DNA of 17,868 nucleotides from a virus (Duplodnaviria; Heunggongvirae; Uroviricota; Caudoviricetes): IMG/VR virus record IMGVR_UViG_2617271049_000015, positions 1 to 17,868 of that record; one strand, 5' to 3'. Shown piece by piece: positions 17,456 to 17,868 of this stretch (position 1 is its first letter; each line of letters starts with the position of its first letter). The notes under the pieces were generated by a model. It saw only the letters and a program-made list of their open reading frames with translations, ran no database searches and was not told where the DNA came from. The position numbers and the translations under genes were made by a program.

Positions 17456-17748
17456 TGGTGTGATATGGATAAATATAAATTACAGTGGCTGGCATATTTC
17501 GACCTGACGCCGGAGTAGATAAAAAAACAGACAGGATTGGAGTATAGCAAGCGTCTGATAATCTCTCGGGACAGTAGTATGATGAAGAGGCGGGGCAGGG
17601 AAAGATCATCAGAAGTTCACTTTTTGTACTAAATAATTCGCATTTTATGTTTAAAAATTGAGATAATTGAGATATTCCTCATTACCTGAAGCTGTTTTTT
17701 ATTGCTTATATATGATCAAATACTCCTTACATAATTAAGGAGAACAAA

Positions 17749-17868
17749 ATGGAACTTAAAAAATTGATGGAACATATTTCTATTATCCCTGATTACAGAC
17801 AAGCCTGGAAAGTGGAACATAAATTATCGGATATTCTACTGTTGACTATTTGTGCCGTTATTTCTGGT
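17749..17868 (+). mobile_element. ISAs1-family (H-repeat) transposase, first 40 codons; continues beyond the window
   Basis: [48 protein letters not shown] matches the H-repeat proteins found 3' of Rhs elements. Confidence 0.8.

Noticed and set aside
17242-17609. Minus-strand ORFs of 102 and 63 aa in the AT-rich region before the H-repeat
   Set aside because: Low-complexity translations with no SD; region holds decayed Rhs sequence and IS-flanking DNA.

Overview
The window reads as a defective lambdoid prophage of the E. coli DLP12 type, followed by ompT and, across a 10-N assembly gap, the 3' end of an Rhs toxin/immunity element. All gene identities are from reading the six-frame translations against remembered protein families and remembered lambda/K-12 sequence; no database search was run. 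Order: integrase (stop codon at pos 1-3, so the att site lies outside the window) and an Xis-like ORF on the minus strand; a short variable region with two strain-specific ORFs (1887-2081 and 2131-2640); the nin-region genes ylcH, ybcN, ninE, ybcO, rusA, ylcG and the Q-like antiterminator quuD; an intact nmpC porin on the opposite strand; the lysis cassette (essD, rrrD, rzpD with embedded rzoD); borD; lambda-like right-end ORFs (ybcV, ybcW, ylcI); a lambda-type cos site; a truncated nohD fused to a tail-fibre C-terminal remnant; tfaD, ybcY, tfaX remnant; a secreted S33-family hydrolase; ompT. No repressor, replication, terminase large subunit or head/tail genes are present, so the prophage is cryptic. 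The most interesting candidates are the membrane-anchored moron at 2131-2640, the secreted peptidase beside ompT, and two Rhs C-terminal toxin modules with apparently membrane or periplasm-directed immunity partners.
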